A stretch of 64,000 nt of DNA from Candidatus Bathyarchaeota archaeon. GTDB taxonomy: Archaea > Thermoproteota > Bathyarchaeia > Bathyarchaeales > Bathycorpusculaceae. The notes beneath the pieces were generated by a model. That model was not told the origin of the DNA, did no database searches, and was given only the letters and a program-made list of their open reading frames with translations. The translations under genes were made by a program, and so were the position numbers. The stretch covers positions 1,120,001-1,184,000 of the forward strand of contig CAVZJV010000014.1 of NCBI GenBank assembly GCA_963775685.1. The letters are read 5' to 3'. Of this stretch, positions 29,990-40,004 are shown piece by piece (within the stretch, counting starts at the first letter, position 1; each line of letters opens with the position of its first letter).

Positions 29990-31267
29990 ATGGAAAAGCA
30001 AGAACCCAGAAAATTGAAACGTTCGATTGGCCTGTGGAGCGCCGTCGCCATTAACGTTGGCGCAATTATAGGCGGCGGAATCTTTGTTGTCACAGGAATT
30101 GTTGCGGGTTACGCTGGCTCGGCACTTGTAGTATCCATGGTTGCCGCAGGCGTCATCGCTTTTTTAACGGCTTGGAGCTTTGCAAAGTTAACGGCGTGGC
30201 AGCCCGTGGAAGGCAGCGTGTACGAGTTTGGGCGACAACTAGTTTCGCCCTACGCAGGTTTTTTGGCTGGTTGGATGTGGATGATCGCAAACACGTTCAC
30301 AGGAGCAGCAGTTTCATTGGGGTTTGCGTATTATTTAACCGCCACATTTCATAGTTTACCAACTAGTTACGTCGCCGCAGCACTATGTTTGGTTTTTACT
30401 GTTTTAAATTTGGTTGGTGCCAAAGAATCAGCAAGCGTAAACAATGTTCTTGTGGCAATCAAGCTTGCGGTGCTGGCTTTCTTTGTGGTATTCGGCATTT
30501 TCCATGTGAACGCTGGAAATTTTATTCCTTTTGTGCCCTTCTCCAACGGCGTACTATATGGTACATTCTTTATTTTCTTCGCTTACGGTGGCTTTGCAAG
30601 GGCTGCAGTAGTTGCTGAGGAAATCAGAGACGCCAAGCGAAACGTGCCTCGCGCTATGCTTTTATCGCTTGGGATTTCGATGGGGATTTATGTTTTGGTT
30701 GGGTTAATTGCTGTTGGTCTGATTAGTCCGGTTGAACTTGCGGCCTCGCCTTCGCCTTTGAGCACTGCTATGGGTACCACGGGCAATTCGCTGGCAATCC
30801 AAATCATATCTGTCGGCGGTTTGGTCGCCACTGCCAGCGTTTTGCTCACCTCGATTCTAGGTGTTTCACGTATGGCTTATTCTATGGCTAGACGAAAAGA
30901 CTTGCCAACTGCACTATCTCGGTTGCACAGCAAGTTTTTTACGCCATACTATTCTATTTTGGGCAGCGGCGTTTTAATGGCGGTTTTGGTTTTGTTTGTG
31001 GATCTGACACGCGTTGTGGCAATTAGTACCTTCGCGCTGCTGTTTAATTATTCGATAACTAATATTGCGGCTTTTAAGTTGAAGAATGGCACAGGATGGC
31101 AAAGGTTTGTTCCACTGTTGGGTTTGGCGTCGTGTTTGATGCTTTTAGTGTTTGTTTTATTTGCTTCGTCCGAAGCGTGGGTAGTTGGCTTGATTTTTAT
31201 AGTAGCTGGAACCGGTTACTATGTGGTGCGAAACAAGCTTCGCCGTAGCGCTAAAAATAGGTTTTAG
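29990..31267 (+). CDS. APC family amino acid permease
   Basis: IIGGGIF, FFAYGGF, AEEIRDAKRNVPRA, SRMAYSMAR; about 12 TM helices. Confidence 0.92.
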   Translation: MEKQEPRKLKRSIGLWSAVAINVGAIIGGGIFVVTGIVAGYAGSALVVSMVAAGVIAFLTAWSFAKLTAWQPVEGSVYEFGRQLVSPYAGFLAGWMWMIANTFTGAAVSLGFAYYLTATFHSLPTSYVAAALCLVFTVLNLVGAKESASVNNVLVAIKLAVLAFFVVFGIFHVNAGNFIPFVPFSNGVLYGTFFIFFAYGGFARAAVVAEEIRDAKRNVPRAMLLSLGISMGIYVLVGLIAVGLISPVELAASPSPLSTAMGTTGNSLAIQIISVGGLVATASVLLTSILGVSRMAYSMARRKDLPTALSRLHSKFFTPYYSILGSGVLMAVLVLFVDLTRVVAISTFALLFNYSITNIAAFKLKNGTGWQRFVPLLGLASCLMLLVFVLFASSEAWVVGLIFIVAGTGYYVVRNKLRRSAKNRF

Positions 31268-31314
31268 TTTGCGATAAGAATTTTAAGCTTAAAACAAGGT
31301 AGAGGTTAGGAACT

Positions 31315-32034
31315 ATGATGACGATTAAAGCTGTCTTATTTGATATGTTCGATACTCTAATGCTCATAGAGAAGAACCATGAGTTCTACAGCCCATCCCT
31401 GATGAGGATGTTCAAGTTTCTAAACAAAAAAGGCATAGATGTCTCCTTTGAAAAGTTCAACGTCGCGTACAATGAGGCACGTGACGGCCTTTACGCCAAG
31501 GCAGATTTGAATTTTGAGGAACCCCACTTTAACGTTCGGGTCACTGAGGCGCTGAAAAGTTTAGGCTACGACTATGATGTCTCCAGCTCCCTTGTGGCTG
31601 CGGCGACTGGGGAGTTTTGTGAAGAATTCATGAAGTATGTCAGCATCGACCAGAACGCCAACTCAATGCTAAAGGAGTTACATGGGAAATACAAACTGGG
31701 GATAATTTCAAATTTTGCCATTCCTGAATGTGTGTTCAAACTTCTAAAAAACGACCATTTAGAGGATTTTTTTGATGTGGTAGTGGTTTCTGCCTCTGTT
31801 AACAAGCGCAAACCAAGTCCAGAAATCTTTAAAAGCGCGCTAAAAACATTGGGAGTTTACTCTGAAGAAACTGTATTTGTCGGCGATACCATAGACGCAG
31901 ATATTGAAGGCGCAAAGGCAGCAGGTATGCGAACCGTTTATATCGAACGGAGAATTCAAAAATCTGAAAAAGTTTGCCCCGACATAACTATAAAAAGTCT
32001 TGCTGAGTTACCCTCGGCTCTTACGCGCTGCTAA
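31315..32034 (+). CDS. HAD superfamily hydrolase
   Basis: FDMFDTL, ISN, KPSPEIF, VGD..ADI.GA motifs. Confidence 0.92.
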   Translation: MMTIKAVLFDMFDTLMLIEKNHEFYSPSLMRMFKFLNKKGIDVSFEKFNVAYNEARDGLYAKADLNFEEPHFNVRVTEALKSLGYDYDVSSSLVAAATGEFCEEFMKYVSIDQNANSMLKELHGKYKLGIISNFAIPECVFKLLKNDHLEDFFDVVVVSASVNKRKPSPEIFKSALKTLGVYSEETVFVGDTIDADIEGAKAAGMRTVYIERRIQKSEKVCPDITIKSLAELPSALTRC

Positions 32035-32059
32035 AAGAATGATTTCACCGGGAACAGCT

Positions 32060-32330
32060 TTTTTCAGGCTGCCGTGAACTTTCAGAAGAAGTATCAGTTC
32101 ACTATGTGTGTTTAGGACCTTCCGACCATGCGGAGTGATTTTGTAGCTATCTTACATGTCTTTTTTGCATTGGGTTGAGAAGTCTGTTTTTAACAAGACT
32201 GATAAGGTATCCTTTAGCTAAGTAAAGCTTAGGTTTGCTTTTTTCATTATTTGGTTTTTCAGAGGGGGTCTTTGACTATTTCTAAGATGTCAGAATTCAT
32301 GCGAGTTTGGTCTAAACGTCTAGAGCTATA
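32060..32330 (-). pseudogene. Decayed archaeal winged-HTH regulator (HTH_45-like)
   Basis: Manual translation: KNQIMKKANLSFT*LKDTLSVLL...*DSYKITPHGRKVL, with in-frame stops and a frameshift. Confidence 0.6.
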
Positions 32331-32504
32331 GCTTGTTATTGTCCACTTCTTTTTTGGATGCTGTTTAGCTAAAAATTTGAAACAGGATGGATGGTTGCTT
32401 AGCAAAATTCAAGATATTGGAACAAGTTTGTTTCAAATATTGTCTTCAATACGGCATAGAAAGACTTTAGTTAGGCAGGGAGAAAAAAACACTAGTGAAA
32501 TCAC

Positions 32505-33002
32505 GTGTTAATTGGCGCAATTTCAGATACGCATGATAATTTGCCTCTCGTAGAAAAAGCCGTACAAGTTTTTAATGACCAGAAGGTTGGATTGGTGCTT
32601 CATGCAGGTGACTTTGTCGCTGGTTTTGTCGTTCCACGACTGGCTAAACTGAACTGCCCCCTCATTGGTGTATTCGGAAACAACGACGGCGACCACGAAC
32701 TCCTGAAAAAACGCTTTGGCGAAACCACAAATTGTACCATCCACGACCGTTTCGCCCAAGTAACTGTCGGAGGTTATCGAATTGCCCTCCTCCATGGGCA
32801 CGAAACCGAACTCTTAACCGCCATTGTTGACAGCGGATACTTTAACGCGGTAATTCACGGACACTCACATAATATGAGCGTCGAATGTAAAGGCAACACT
32901 TTAGCAATTAACCCTGGAGAGCTTTGTGGGTACTTGACTGGAAAATCCAGCATAGCCTTCTTGGACACGGAAAAAAACGAGGCAAGAATATTCAATCTAT
33001 AA
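32505..33002 (+). CDS. Metallophosphoesterase (YfcE/MJ0936 family)
   Basis: SDTHDN, HAGD, GNND, HG, GHSH, NPG motifs. Confidence 0.93.
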   Translation: MLIGAISDTHDNLPLVEKAVQVFNDQKVGLVLHAGDFVAGFVVPRLAKLNCPLIGVFGNNDGDHELLKKRFGETTNCTIHDRFAQVTVGGYRIALLHGHETELLTAIVDSGYFNAVIHGHSHNMSVECKGNTLAINPGELCGYLTGKSSIAFLDTEKNEARIFNL

Positions 33003-33090
33003 ATCACCGGTGGGAAAGGCAATTTTGCCTGTTTTTAGGCAAAGCTTTTAAACCTCATAACGCCGTTATGGATTGTTGAGCGCGAAAAAA

Positions 33091-33308
33091 TTGGAAAAAA
33101 CCAAACAAAAGAAAACCAAAGAACTGCGCAACAAAATTGACCTAAAAGTTATAGACCTGCTCCAAAAAGAAACCAAGGAGCTAAAACCCTACAGGAAATA
33201 GCCAACAAAACAGGTGAAGCACCCCAAAAAATTGCAAAAACTCTCTGCAGGCTCCTGGCCCAACACGAGAAACTACTAAACGAAATGTGGCTGCAGATCT
33301 ACCTATAA
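33091..33308 (+). pseudogene. Small HTH protein, frameshifted
   Basis: MEKTKQ...VIDLLQKET / GAKTLQEIANKTGEAPQKIAKTLCRL; one base is missing near 33175. Confidence 0.45.
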
Positions 33309-33526
33309 AAAACATACCATTTATATCAAAAGCTATTTTTCCGGCGTTTAGAATGGTTGTTTCTTTGTCAAGCCTAAACCTTCAGAGCCATTTTTGTCAA
33401 CGTACCTTATAAAACCAGGCGTTTTTCTGGGCTTTTTTTGCACTCTTCAAGGCGATTAGCTATAAATCAATTATCCGATGTATTTGGCACACACAGTTAA
33501 CGAAGGTTATGCGGAGACTTGGAGGC

Positions 33527-34285
33527 ATGCTTCACTCAAAAAGTGGCGATTCATCGACATTCATAACTGCCGCCGCTAAACTCAAAGAAGCGGTATCTTA
33601 CGAAGGAGCCGGAAAATACGAGAGCGCCCTAATGTCACTTGATGAAGCGATACAACTTCAGAACGATTACGTTGACGCTTGGATTATAAAAGGCATAATT
33701 TTAAGCAAGATAGGCAAATGCAGCGAAGCCATCAAGTGCTATGACAAGGTCATCGAGCTTGAAACAAACTCTGCCGATGCATGGCGTCTAAAATCAGCAG
33801 TTTACACTTCACAGAACCTGAATCAAAAATCAGTCGAATGCCTGGAAAAAGCAGTTGAGTTGAACCCGAATAGTTTGGAGTTCCGTCTAAGCTTAGCCAA
33901 TGCCCTTCAAAGGCTTAAGCGGTTTGAAGATGCCCTCAAATGCTACGCACAGGCAAAGATGCAGATGCCAAATGACCCGCTAATCGACTACTACATCGGC
34001 GTAATGTGGGGAAACATGGCAGACTATGAGAAAGCATTAGCGTCTTTCGAGATAGCGCTAAGGCTCAAACCTGATTTTACCGATGCCATGTTGGGCAAAG
34101 GGATCATGCTGGCAAAAATGGGTAGAAGCGAGGAAGCCAAAGCATGCGCCAACAAACTTCTGGAAATCAAGGGCAACACAGACCAAGATAGGACGGTTTC
34201 GACCAAATCCGTAAATGAATTCATCAGGGAAGAATACAACGCTGCTCAAAAAAGGTTCAAATCGAAATTTTCCGCAGCCAAATAA
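33527..34285 (+). CDS. Tetratricopeptide repeat protein
   Basis: About five or six TPR units (AW..KG..L..LG..EA..CYDK); GGAGG SD before ATG 33527. Confidence 0.9.
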   Translation: MLHSKSGDSSTFITAAAKLKEAVSYEGAGKYESALMSLDEAIQLQNDYVDAWIIKGIILSKIGKCSEAIKCYDKVIELETNSADAWRLKSAVYTSQNLNQKSVECLEKAVELNPNSLEFRLSLANALQRLKRFEDALKCYAQAKMQMPNDPLIDYYIGVMWGNMADYEKALASFEIALRLKPDFTDAMLGKGIMLAKMGRSEEAKACANKLLEIKGNTDQDRTVSTKSVNEFIREEYNAAQKRFKSKFSAAK

Positions 34286-34294
34286 AGTAAGGCC

Positions 34295-35230
34295 CTATTT
34301 GCTTTTGTTGTATGGGTCTCTTAGCGAATTCGCCTTAACAAACAAGTGCTTTAATTCTTCATTGCTTGCTCCTTGGCGAATTGGCGTTAAAATATCTGTC
34401 AGGTTGTCGTTTCTCATGAGGCAGGGTTTGAGTTTGCCGTCGCTGGTCACGCGCATACGGGTACAGTGCATACAAAAGTCGGTGTTCTCTATGGGTTTGA
34501 CGACCTCGACAGTTGCGTTTGGCAGGTGGTAAATTAGGCGGTTATGCATGAAAGGGCGTTTCTCTATTGACATAGCTTTTTTCTTAAGAATTTCTTCTTG
34601 CTCATCAAGGCTGCGGTGGTGTTCTTTATAGTAGTTGTCGCCGACGTTGACGGGGTCAAGCTCGATAAGCTGCAAAACAACGTTGTTATTTCCAGCATAC
34701 TCTATAAGGTCAGGCACATCAACAACGTTAACGCCCTCTAAAACAACCGTGTTCAGTTTGACCGGACAAAAGCCAGCTTCAATGGCAGCTTTGACGCCCT
34801 CTAAAGCGGCTTCTAACTTGCCTCCTGTTAGTTTATGGTAAGTTTCTGGGTTTAAGGAAGGCAAGCTAATGTTTACCCTCTTAAGCCCAAAGTCGCGAAG
34901 CTTCTTTGCCATGCCGCCAACAAGAAGCACCCCATTAGTAGTTAATGACAAATCCCTCAACATGGGGATTTGAGCTATTCCAGAAATGATTTCTGGCAGG
35001 TCCTTGCGCATGAGCGGTTCTCCTCCAGTCAACTTTATCCTTGCAATCCCTAAGCACATGGCGATTTTTGCTATGCGTACGATTTCCTCCACCGACATTA
35101 GTTCTGCAGAGCGATTTGCCCGTTGCACTTCGCCTTCCCGGTGGCAATATGCACAGCGGTTGTTGCATCGCTGGGTTATCGATATCCGTAGGTTAAGTAG
35201 TGGTCTGCCGCAGTTGTCTGTTAAACTCAT
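34295..35230 (-). CDS. moaA: GTP 3',8-cyclase MoaA
   Basis: LRISITQRCNNRCAYCH, TGGEPL, FCMHCTRMRVTSDGKLKPC. Confidence 0.95.
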   Translation of the reverse strand: MSLTDNCGRPLLNLRISITQRCNNRCAYCHREGEVQRANRSAELMSVEEIVRIAKIAMCLGIARIKLTGGEPLMRKDLPEIISGIAQIPMLRDLSLTTNGVLLVGGMAKKLRDFGLKRVNISLPSLNPETYHKLTGGKLEAALEGVKAAIEAGFCPVKLNTVVLEGVNVVDVPDLIEYAGNNNVVLQLIELDPVNVGDNYYKEHHRSLDEQEEILKKKAMSIEKRPFMHNRLIYHLPNATVEVVKPIENTDFCMHCTRMRVTSDGKLKPCLMRNDNLTDILTPIRQGASNEELKHLFVKANSLRDPYNKSK

Positions 35231-35772
35231 CGTTGTTCCCGTACGTGCTTAACGATGTGAGGAGCCTCGGGCAAAATAAGCATTTCTACCGAAGTTTTCA
35301 CAGCGTCAGGCGAACCTGGAATGCAAAAGATTGCCTTGTCCTTTGCCACGCCTGCGACTGCGCGCGACAAGACAGCTGCAGAACCCAATGTGTCATAGCT
35401 AATTCTGCGGAAAAACTCGCCGAACCCAGGTAAAGTTTTATCAAAAAATGGCGTCACTGTTTCGATAGTTATGTCTGTAGGGGTTATGCCTGTACCACCT
35501 GAAAAGATCGCGACATCCAAATCTGCTTTGCCCATAACATACATAACCGCATCTTGAATCTGGGTTTCATCGTCGGCGATTATCGTTTTAAAGAGAACGT
35601 TCTGCCCACCGTTCTTAAGCAAATCTACAATAGTGTCTCCGCCGACGTCGCTGATTTCTTTCTCGCCTTGCTCGATTTGGTTGTAGCGGGAAGTGCTGCA
35701 AATATAAATGCCAAAATTCAAGACTTTAAGTGCCTTAGATTTGTGTTGTTTAGAACTTTTACTCATAATCAT
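35227..35772 (-). CDS. moaB: Molybdopterin adenylyltransferase MoaB/MogA
   Basis: SGGTGITPTDITIE, LPGFGE.FR, SRA.AG, PGSP. Confidence 0.93.
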   Translation of the reverse strand: MIMSKSSKQHKSKALKVLNFGIYICSTSRYNQIEQGEKEISDVGGDTIVDLLKNGGQNVLFKTIIADDETQIQDAVMYVMGKADLDVAIFSGGTGITPTDITIETVTPFFDKTLPGFGEFFRRISYDTLGSAAVLSRAVAGVAKDKAIFCIPGSPDAVKTSVEMLILPEAPHIVKHVREQR

Positions 35773-36206
35773 GCCTGCTTAAACTTTTTGATAACATGAA
35801 TATTCTCAATATTCGTCGACGGATACTGGCCTGCAGCGTCTTTTTCGTATTGCTTAGTCATGTCCCAAACCGTCAACAACGCTGCAGAAACAGCGGTCAG
35901 GGCCTCCATTTCTACACCCGTCTGAGCTTTTGTTTTAACAGTTGCTGTAGCTTCAACCGTGGTTTTATCTGAGACTTTCACAGTTACCTCAACATTCGTA
36001 AGGGGCAAGGGATGACAAAGAGGAATCAGATCACTCGTCTTCTTAGCTGCTAACACACCAGCAATTTTGGCGGTGTAGAGTGGATCGCCTTTTGCGATTT
36101 TCCCAGACGAAACTAAACCAATCGTTTCTTGTTTGAGTTTTATTATTCCGGTTGCGGTTGCTTCCCTATAGATTTCTGCTTTTCCCGAAACATCAACCAT
36201 AGCCAT
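35769..36206 (-). CDS. moaC: Cyclic pyranopterin monophosphate synthase MoaC
   Basis: MVDVSGK, LIPLCHP, TGVEMEAL, WDMTK. Confidence 0.96.
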   Translation of the reverse strand: MAMVDVSGKAEIYREATATGIIKLKQETIGLVSSGKIAKGDPLYTAKIAGVLAAKKTSDLIPLCHPLPLTNVEVTVKVSDKTTVEATATVKTKAQTGVEMEALTAVSAALLTVWDMTKQYEKDAAGQYPSTNIENIHVIKKFKQA

Positions 36207-36212
36207 GCTAAA

Positions 36213-36482
36213 TCACCTTTTGTTCTGATCCCAAACGTCTATTAGGTTTTGCACTGCTTTAGCTTTTGCTGAACCCTCATCAAACCGGTACATTCTAACC
36301 CGCCCATACGTACGCTCCTGCAAGATATCCTCGGCTTCCAAAACTTTCAAGTGTAACGAAGTCGAAGCGAAATTCATCTTGAGCCTACGTGCAATGTCGG
36401 AAACATTAAGCTGTCCCAGTTTGTAGATGAGTTTTAGGATTTTCATGCGGGATTTCGAAGAGAAAACTTCTTCCAGTTCCAT
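36213..36482 (-). CDS. ArsR-like winged-helix protein
   Basis: VFSSKSRMKILKL...LNVSDIARRL...HLKVLE...GRVRMY. Confidence 0.85.
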   Translation of the reverse strand: MELEEVFSSKSRMKILKLIYKLGQLNVSDIARRLKMNFASTSLHLKVLEAEDILQERTYGRVRMYRFDEGSAKAKAVQNLIDVWDQNKR

Positions 36483-36485
36483 GTT

Positions 36486-37676
36486 TTACGCTCGCCTTTT
36501 TTCTTGTTGCAAACTCGCGGTCAATTCCTTCTCCAACTCGCTTGCAGGAATTGTTGGGAGCGAAAGCCGGGTTGTCCGCCCACGCGTCTCGGCTGAAGAG
36601 ACCTCTGTTTTCAGTACGCCTAACCTGGAGAAGTACTGGGCATAGTTCCAAATTTGAGTATGACCATTAGGAGTTTCATCGAACTCTTCGCAGGCGACGC
36701 CATAGGCTTTTTGAACTTCAGATAGCGAAGCGTAAGCTTGCAAGTTTTCTTTGAAATACCTCGCAACTGCCAGAAGGAAAAGTTTCTGGTGTAAACCCAA
36801 AGATGCCAAGTCACTGCGCCTCAAGCCAGGAATAATACTAGAAACCGCCATTCTAACAAACTCCGGCTCAACACTACCCGAATCCTGGGCATCAGCATAT
36901 TTGCCCGAACGCCACAAAAGCTCGATCCCGAAGCGAGCGTTCCCAGTTTCAGTGAAAGCTAAACTAGCAATCAGATCTACAACATCTTCCGGCACTACCC
37001 CCGAGTCAAAGGCCATGTCGACTCGGTCGTTTAAGATGTCGACGAGTTGCGGTTTGTCGTAGCGTTCAAGGGTTATGATGCTGCGTTGAAGGGTGCTCTT
37101 GGCACTCTCATCTAGCTGCTCAACTGCCTGCAAATCACGCATAATGAAAATTAATGACAGCCTCTGGGGTTCGCCCTGTCGCATCTCCTGCAGCCGTGTA
37201 AGTTTATAGACGGCATCTGCACCCTCTTTCTCGATTAAGCTATCAAACTCATCAAGAGTTAGTATCATGAAGACGTTTTCTTCATCCAGAACCTGCATCA
37301 ATGTCGAGAGGATTTCTTCGGCGCTATAACCCCGTGCGGGGTAGTTGGGGCGGAAAACAGTGACGACTCGGTGAAGAATCGGCTGGAGGCTTCCACGGTA
37401 CTCACGACAGTTAACGTGTACGTATCGGAATTTTATACCCCGTTTGTTGGATTCTGATGTAATGGAGGCCCCGAAGCGCTGGGCAAGTGCTGTTTTTCCC
37501 GTGCCCACATCTCCTGTCAAGATGACGCGTTGAGCCATTTTTTCTGGGCAGCGCAAAATAAAGTTGAAAAATTCCAACAAGAGGCGATGTTGGGTTTCCC
37601 TGTGCGGGAGCTTCTGCGGAATGTAGTTTATATCAAGTTTTGATTCGTCTTTGAATACGCTTAGACTCCGCACCAA
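36486..37676 (-). CDS. cdc6: ORC1/Cdc6-type replication initiation protein
   Basis: YIPQKLPHRE, GDVGTGKT, HVNC, LDEFD, GNARFGIELL, C-terminal wH. Confidence 0.93.
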   Translation of the reverse strand: MVRSLSVFKDESKLDINYIPQKLPHRETQHRLLLEFFNFILRCPEKMAQRVILTGDVGTGKTALAQRFGASITSESNKRGIKFRYVHVNCREYRGSLQPILHRVVTVFRPNYPARGYSAEEILSTLMQVLDEENVFMILTLDEFDSLIEKEGADAVYKLTRLQEMRQGEPQRLSLIFIMRDLQAVEQLDESAKSTLQRSIITLERYDKPQLVDILNDRVDMAFDSGVVPEDVVDLIASLAFTETGNARFGIELLWRSGKYADAQDSGSVEPEFVRMAVSSIIPGLRRSDLASLGLHQKLFLLAVARYFKENLQAYASLSEVQKAYGVACEEFDETPNGHTQIWNYAQYFSRLGVLKTEVSSAETRGRTTRLSLPTIPASELEKELTASLQQEKRRA

Positions 37677-37780
37677 CTGTTTTTCCTCAATGATTAGAGC
37701 ATATTGTTTTTGGGGGTAATATTATGTTTTAAAACAAAAGGCTAATAAATGCATTCTGCAATCCTATTTCCGACACTAAC

Positions 37781-38344
37781 ATGATACCAAAATACTTCTT
37801 TTTCACTAAAGGAGTTGGTAAACATAAAGAGCAACTCCAATCATTTGAATTAGCCTTGCGAGACGCAGGCATACAGATGTGCAATCTCGTCAGTGTATCC
37901 AGCATCGTGCCACCTGGCTGTGAGCTGGTAACACGGGAGAAAGGCTTAAAAATGATTCATCCAGGCGAAATTACTTTTGTTGTTATAGCCCGCAACGCCA
38001 CTAACGAACCTCATAGACTTGTAGCGTCATCCATCGGCGTAGCTATCCCCTCAGGTAAAAATCAATACGGCTACCTAAGTGAACATCACAGCTTTGGGCA
38101 AACTGATGAAACTGCTGGCGACTATGCAGAAGACCTCGCTGCGACCATGCTTGCGACAACCATGGGTATTCAATTTGATCCTGAAATCGCGTGGGACGAA
38201 CGCAAACAACTCTTCAAAACCACTGGGTTAATAATCAAGACCGCTAACACAACCCAGTCTGCGGCAGGCGACAAAAATGGACTCTGGACCACCACCGTTG
38301 CGGCAGCAGTTTTGGTACCTGAAGAAAACGGCAAAAACAAATAA
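37781..38344 (+). CDS. pdaD: Pyruvoyl-dependent arginine decarboxylase
   Basis: [23 protein letters not shown] self-cleavage site; GYLSEHH. Confidence 0.93.
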   Translation: MIPKYFFFTKGVGKHKEQLQSFELALRDAGIQMCNLVSVSSIVPPGCELVTREKGLKMIHPGEITFVVIARNATNEPHRLVASSIGVAIPSGKNQYGYLSEHHSFGQTDETAGDYAEDLAATMLATTMGIQFDPEIAWDERKQLFKTTGLIIKTANTTQSAAGDKNGLWTTTVAAAVLVPEENGKNK

Positions 38345-38604
38345 ACCAGAAGCCAAGTTTTCGAAGGCTTACAACAATTGTTTTTTTAAACTATTTTAAG
38401 GAATTGAGTTAGCTCTGCTTAACCTTACGGTCCAGTTCTAATATAATCACAAATGAGAAATACGCCGTTATACTGTTTAACTTAAATTATAACATTTTTC
38501 TGAAAAACGTCTCCTTCGAAGCTGACTCCATCGAGAGTTTGGGAAGCTTAACAGGTCGTTCAGTATCGACAAACGTTGAATGAATGTAAGATTAAGTTAT
38601 GCTG

Positions 38605-39381
38605 TTAAAAGAAGGATTCAAGTTTTGAAGTTTCAGACTTCTTAAGCACTTCCGCGCAGATTTTGGGGTCAAGCGCCTTAAATTCCAAGCCAAGCGTCAC
38701 CAACAACCGCTGCACGTCCTTCCCAAGGCTCGGTGCAACCAAAATAGCGCGGACTTCACGGTTAACTTTGGCTTTGATGGGTTCAATGTACTTTGCCAAT
38801 TGCAACGCTGCCTCTTTGGAAGCAGTTTTTCGTTTCACTTCAACGATAACAAGTTTCCCGTTTTTGTCCTCTCCATAAATGTCCACAAAGCCTGGCTCAA
38901 CTTTTTTCTCCCAGCTAATCGGTTTGAAGCCTTCTTCGAGAAGTTCAGGCTTGACCAGAATCGCGCGGTGCATGTCGTCTTCACTGGCATATAACAGAAA
39001 ATCTCCTGCATCCATCAGGTTAAGCGCGGAAGCCATGTAGACATTGCTGAATGCTACTTTCACAATTTCCCGCGGTTTCTGGCGAACGCCATGAACCTCC
39101 AACTCGCCATCTTTGACTTGAACATGGAAGACGCTACCTGCTGGTTGCCAATTGACTGGTTCGTAGCCGACGGGACGATGAACAAGCAAGGACCCATCAG
39201 ACTTTATGATTAAAAGACGTTCGCCGGGTTCAAGAGTTGAGCGTGCCCTTCCAACATAATGCACATGGCAGATCCCTGCGACGACAAGGGTTCTGCGTTG
39301 CACGAACGCTTTTCCAATAAGCACAGCAGCTTCGGCTAAGTTGGGTTCGGTTAATACTGCGAGTTTTTTGTTCTCTTGCAT
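38605..39381 (-). CDS. nucS: Endonuclease NucS/EndoMS
   Basis: YVGRARSTL..GERLLIIKSDGSLLVH, PVNWQP, VD...D..G.LVIVEVKR, QL.KY. Confidence 0.95.
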   Translation of the reverse strand: MQENKKLAVLTEPNLAEAAVLIGKAFVQRRTLVVAGICHVHYVGRARSTLEPGERLLIIKSDGSLLVHRPVGYEPVNWQPAGSVFHVQVKDGELEVHGVRQKPREIVKVAFSNVYMASALNLMDAGDFLLYASEDDMHRAILVKPELLEEGFKPISWEKKVEPGFVDIYGEDKNGKLVIVEVKRKTASKEAALQLAKYIEPIKAKVNREVRAILVAPSLGKDVQRLLVTLGLEFKALDPKICAEVLKKSETSKLESFF

Positions 39382-39431
39382 TTTTGATTTTCGCCAACTA
39401 TTTTAGTCAGGCATTGGGTACATAAGATTTC

Positions 39432-39998
39432 TTGAAGGAAACGCAGTTGTCAACCTGGAAAGATAAACGCAAAGTTATGCAGAGCTATAATGTAACAGCA
39501 GAAATGTACGAGGAAAGGTATGCAGATGAGCAGAATAGAAAATACGAAAAAGCTTTGGAAAAAATCGATGTTTCCGGCAAGGCGTTGTTGGATGCTGGTT
39601 GCGGTTCAGGGCTTTTCTTTTGCAAAGTTGCTTCATTTGCAGAGGTGGTTGTTGGAGTGGACGTTTCACGCCAATTACTCCTTAAGGCAAAAGGACAAGC
39701 AAAGGCTTTTCTAAACGCTTTCGTGCTCCAAGCAGACGCAGATCACATGCCATTTAAGAATGGAGCTTTTGATAACGTCTTTGCTTTTACCATACTTCAA
39801 AACATGCCTGAACCCAATGATACACTGAAAGAACTAAAACGGGTTGTTAAGCCGGTTGGCAACGTTGTGGTAACTGGGTTAAAGAAAGCGTTTCCGCTTG
39901 AAAGGTTCATGGATGTTTTGGAAAATAGTGGTTTGCAGGTAACCGCGTTTATGGACGATGAAGACTCCAATTGTTATATTACAGTGTTAGCTGTTTAG
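39432..39998 (+). CDS. Class I SAM-dependent methyltransferase
   Basis: LDAGCGSG, VGVDVS, ADADHMPF...FD. Confidence 0.9.
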   Translation: MKETQLSTWKDKRKVMQSYNVTAEMYEERYADEQNRKYEKALEKIDVSGKALLDAGCGSGLFFCKVASFAEVVVGVDVSRQLLLKAKGQAKAFLNAFVLQADADHMPFKNGAFDNVFAFTILQNMPEPNDTLKELKRVVKPVGNVVVTGLKKAFPLERFMDVLENSGLQVTAFMDDEDSNCYITVLAV

Positions 39999-40004
39999 CG
40001 GTAG

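Noticed and set aside
37677-37780. Replication origin next to cdc6
   Set aside because: Only ~100 bp, occupied by divergent promoters, with no ORB repeats.
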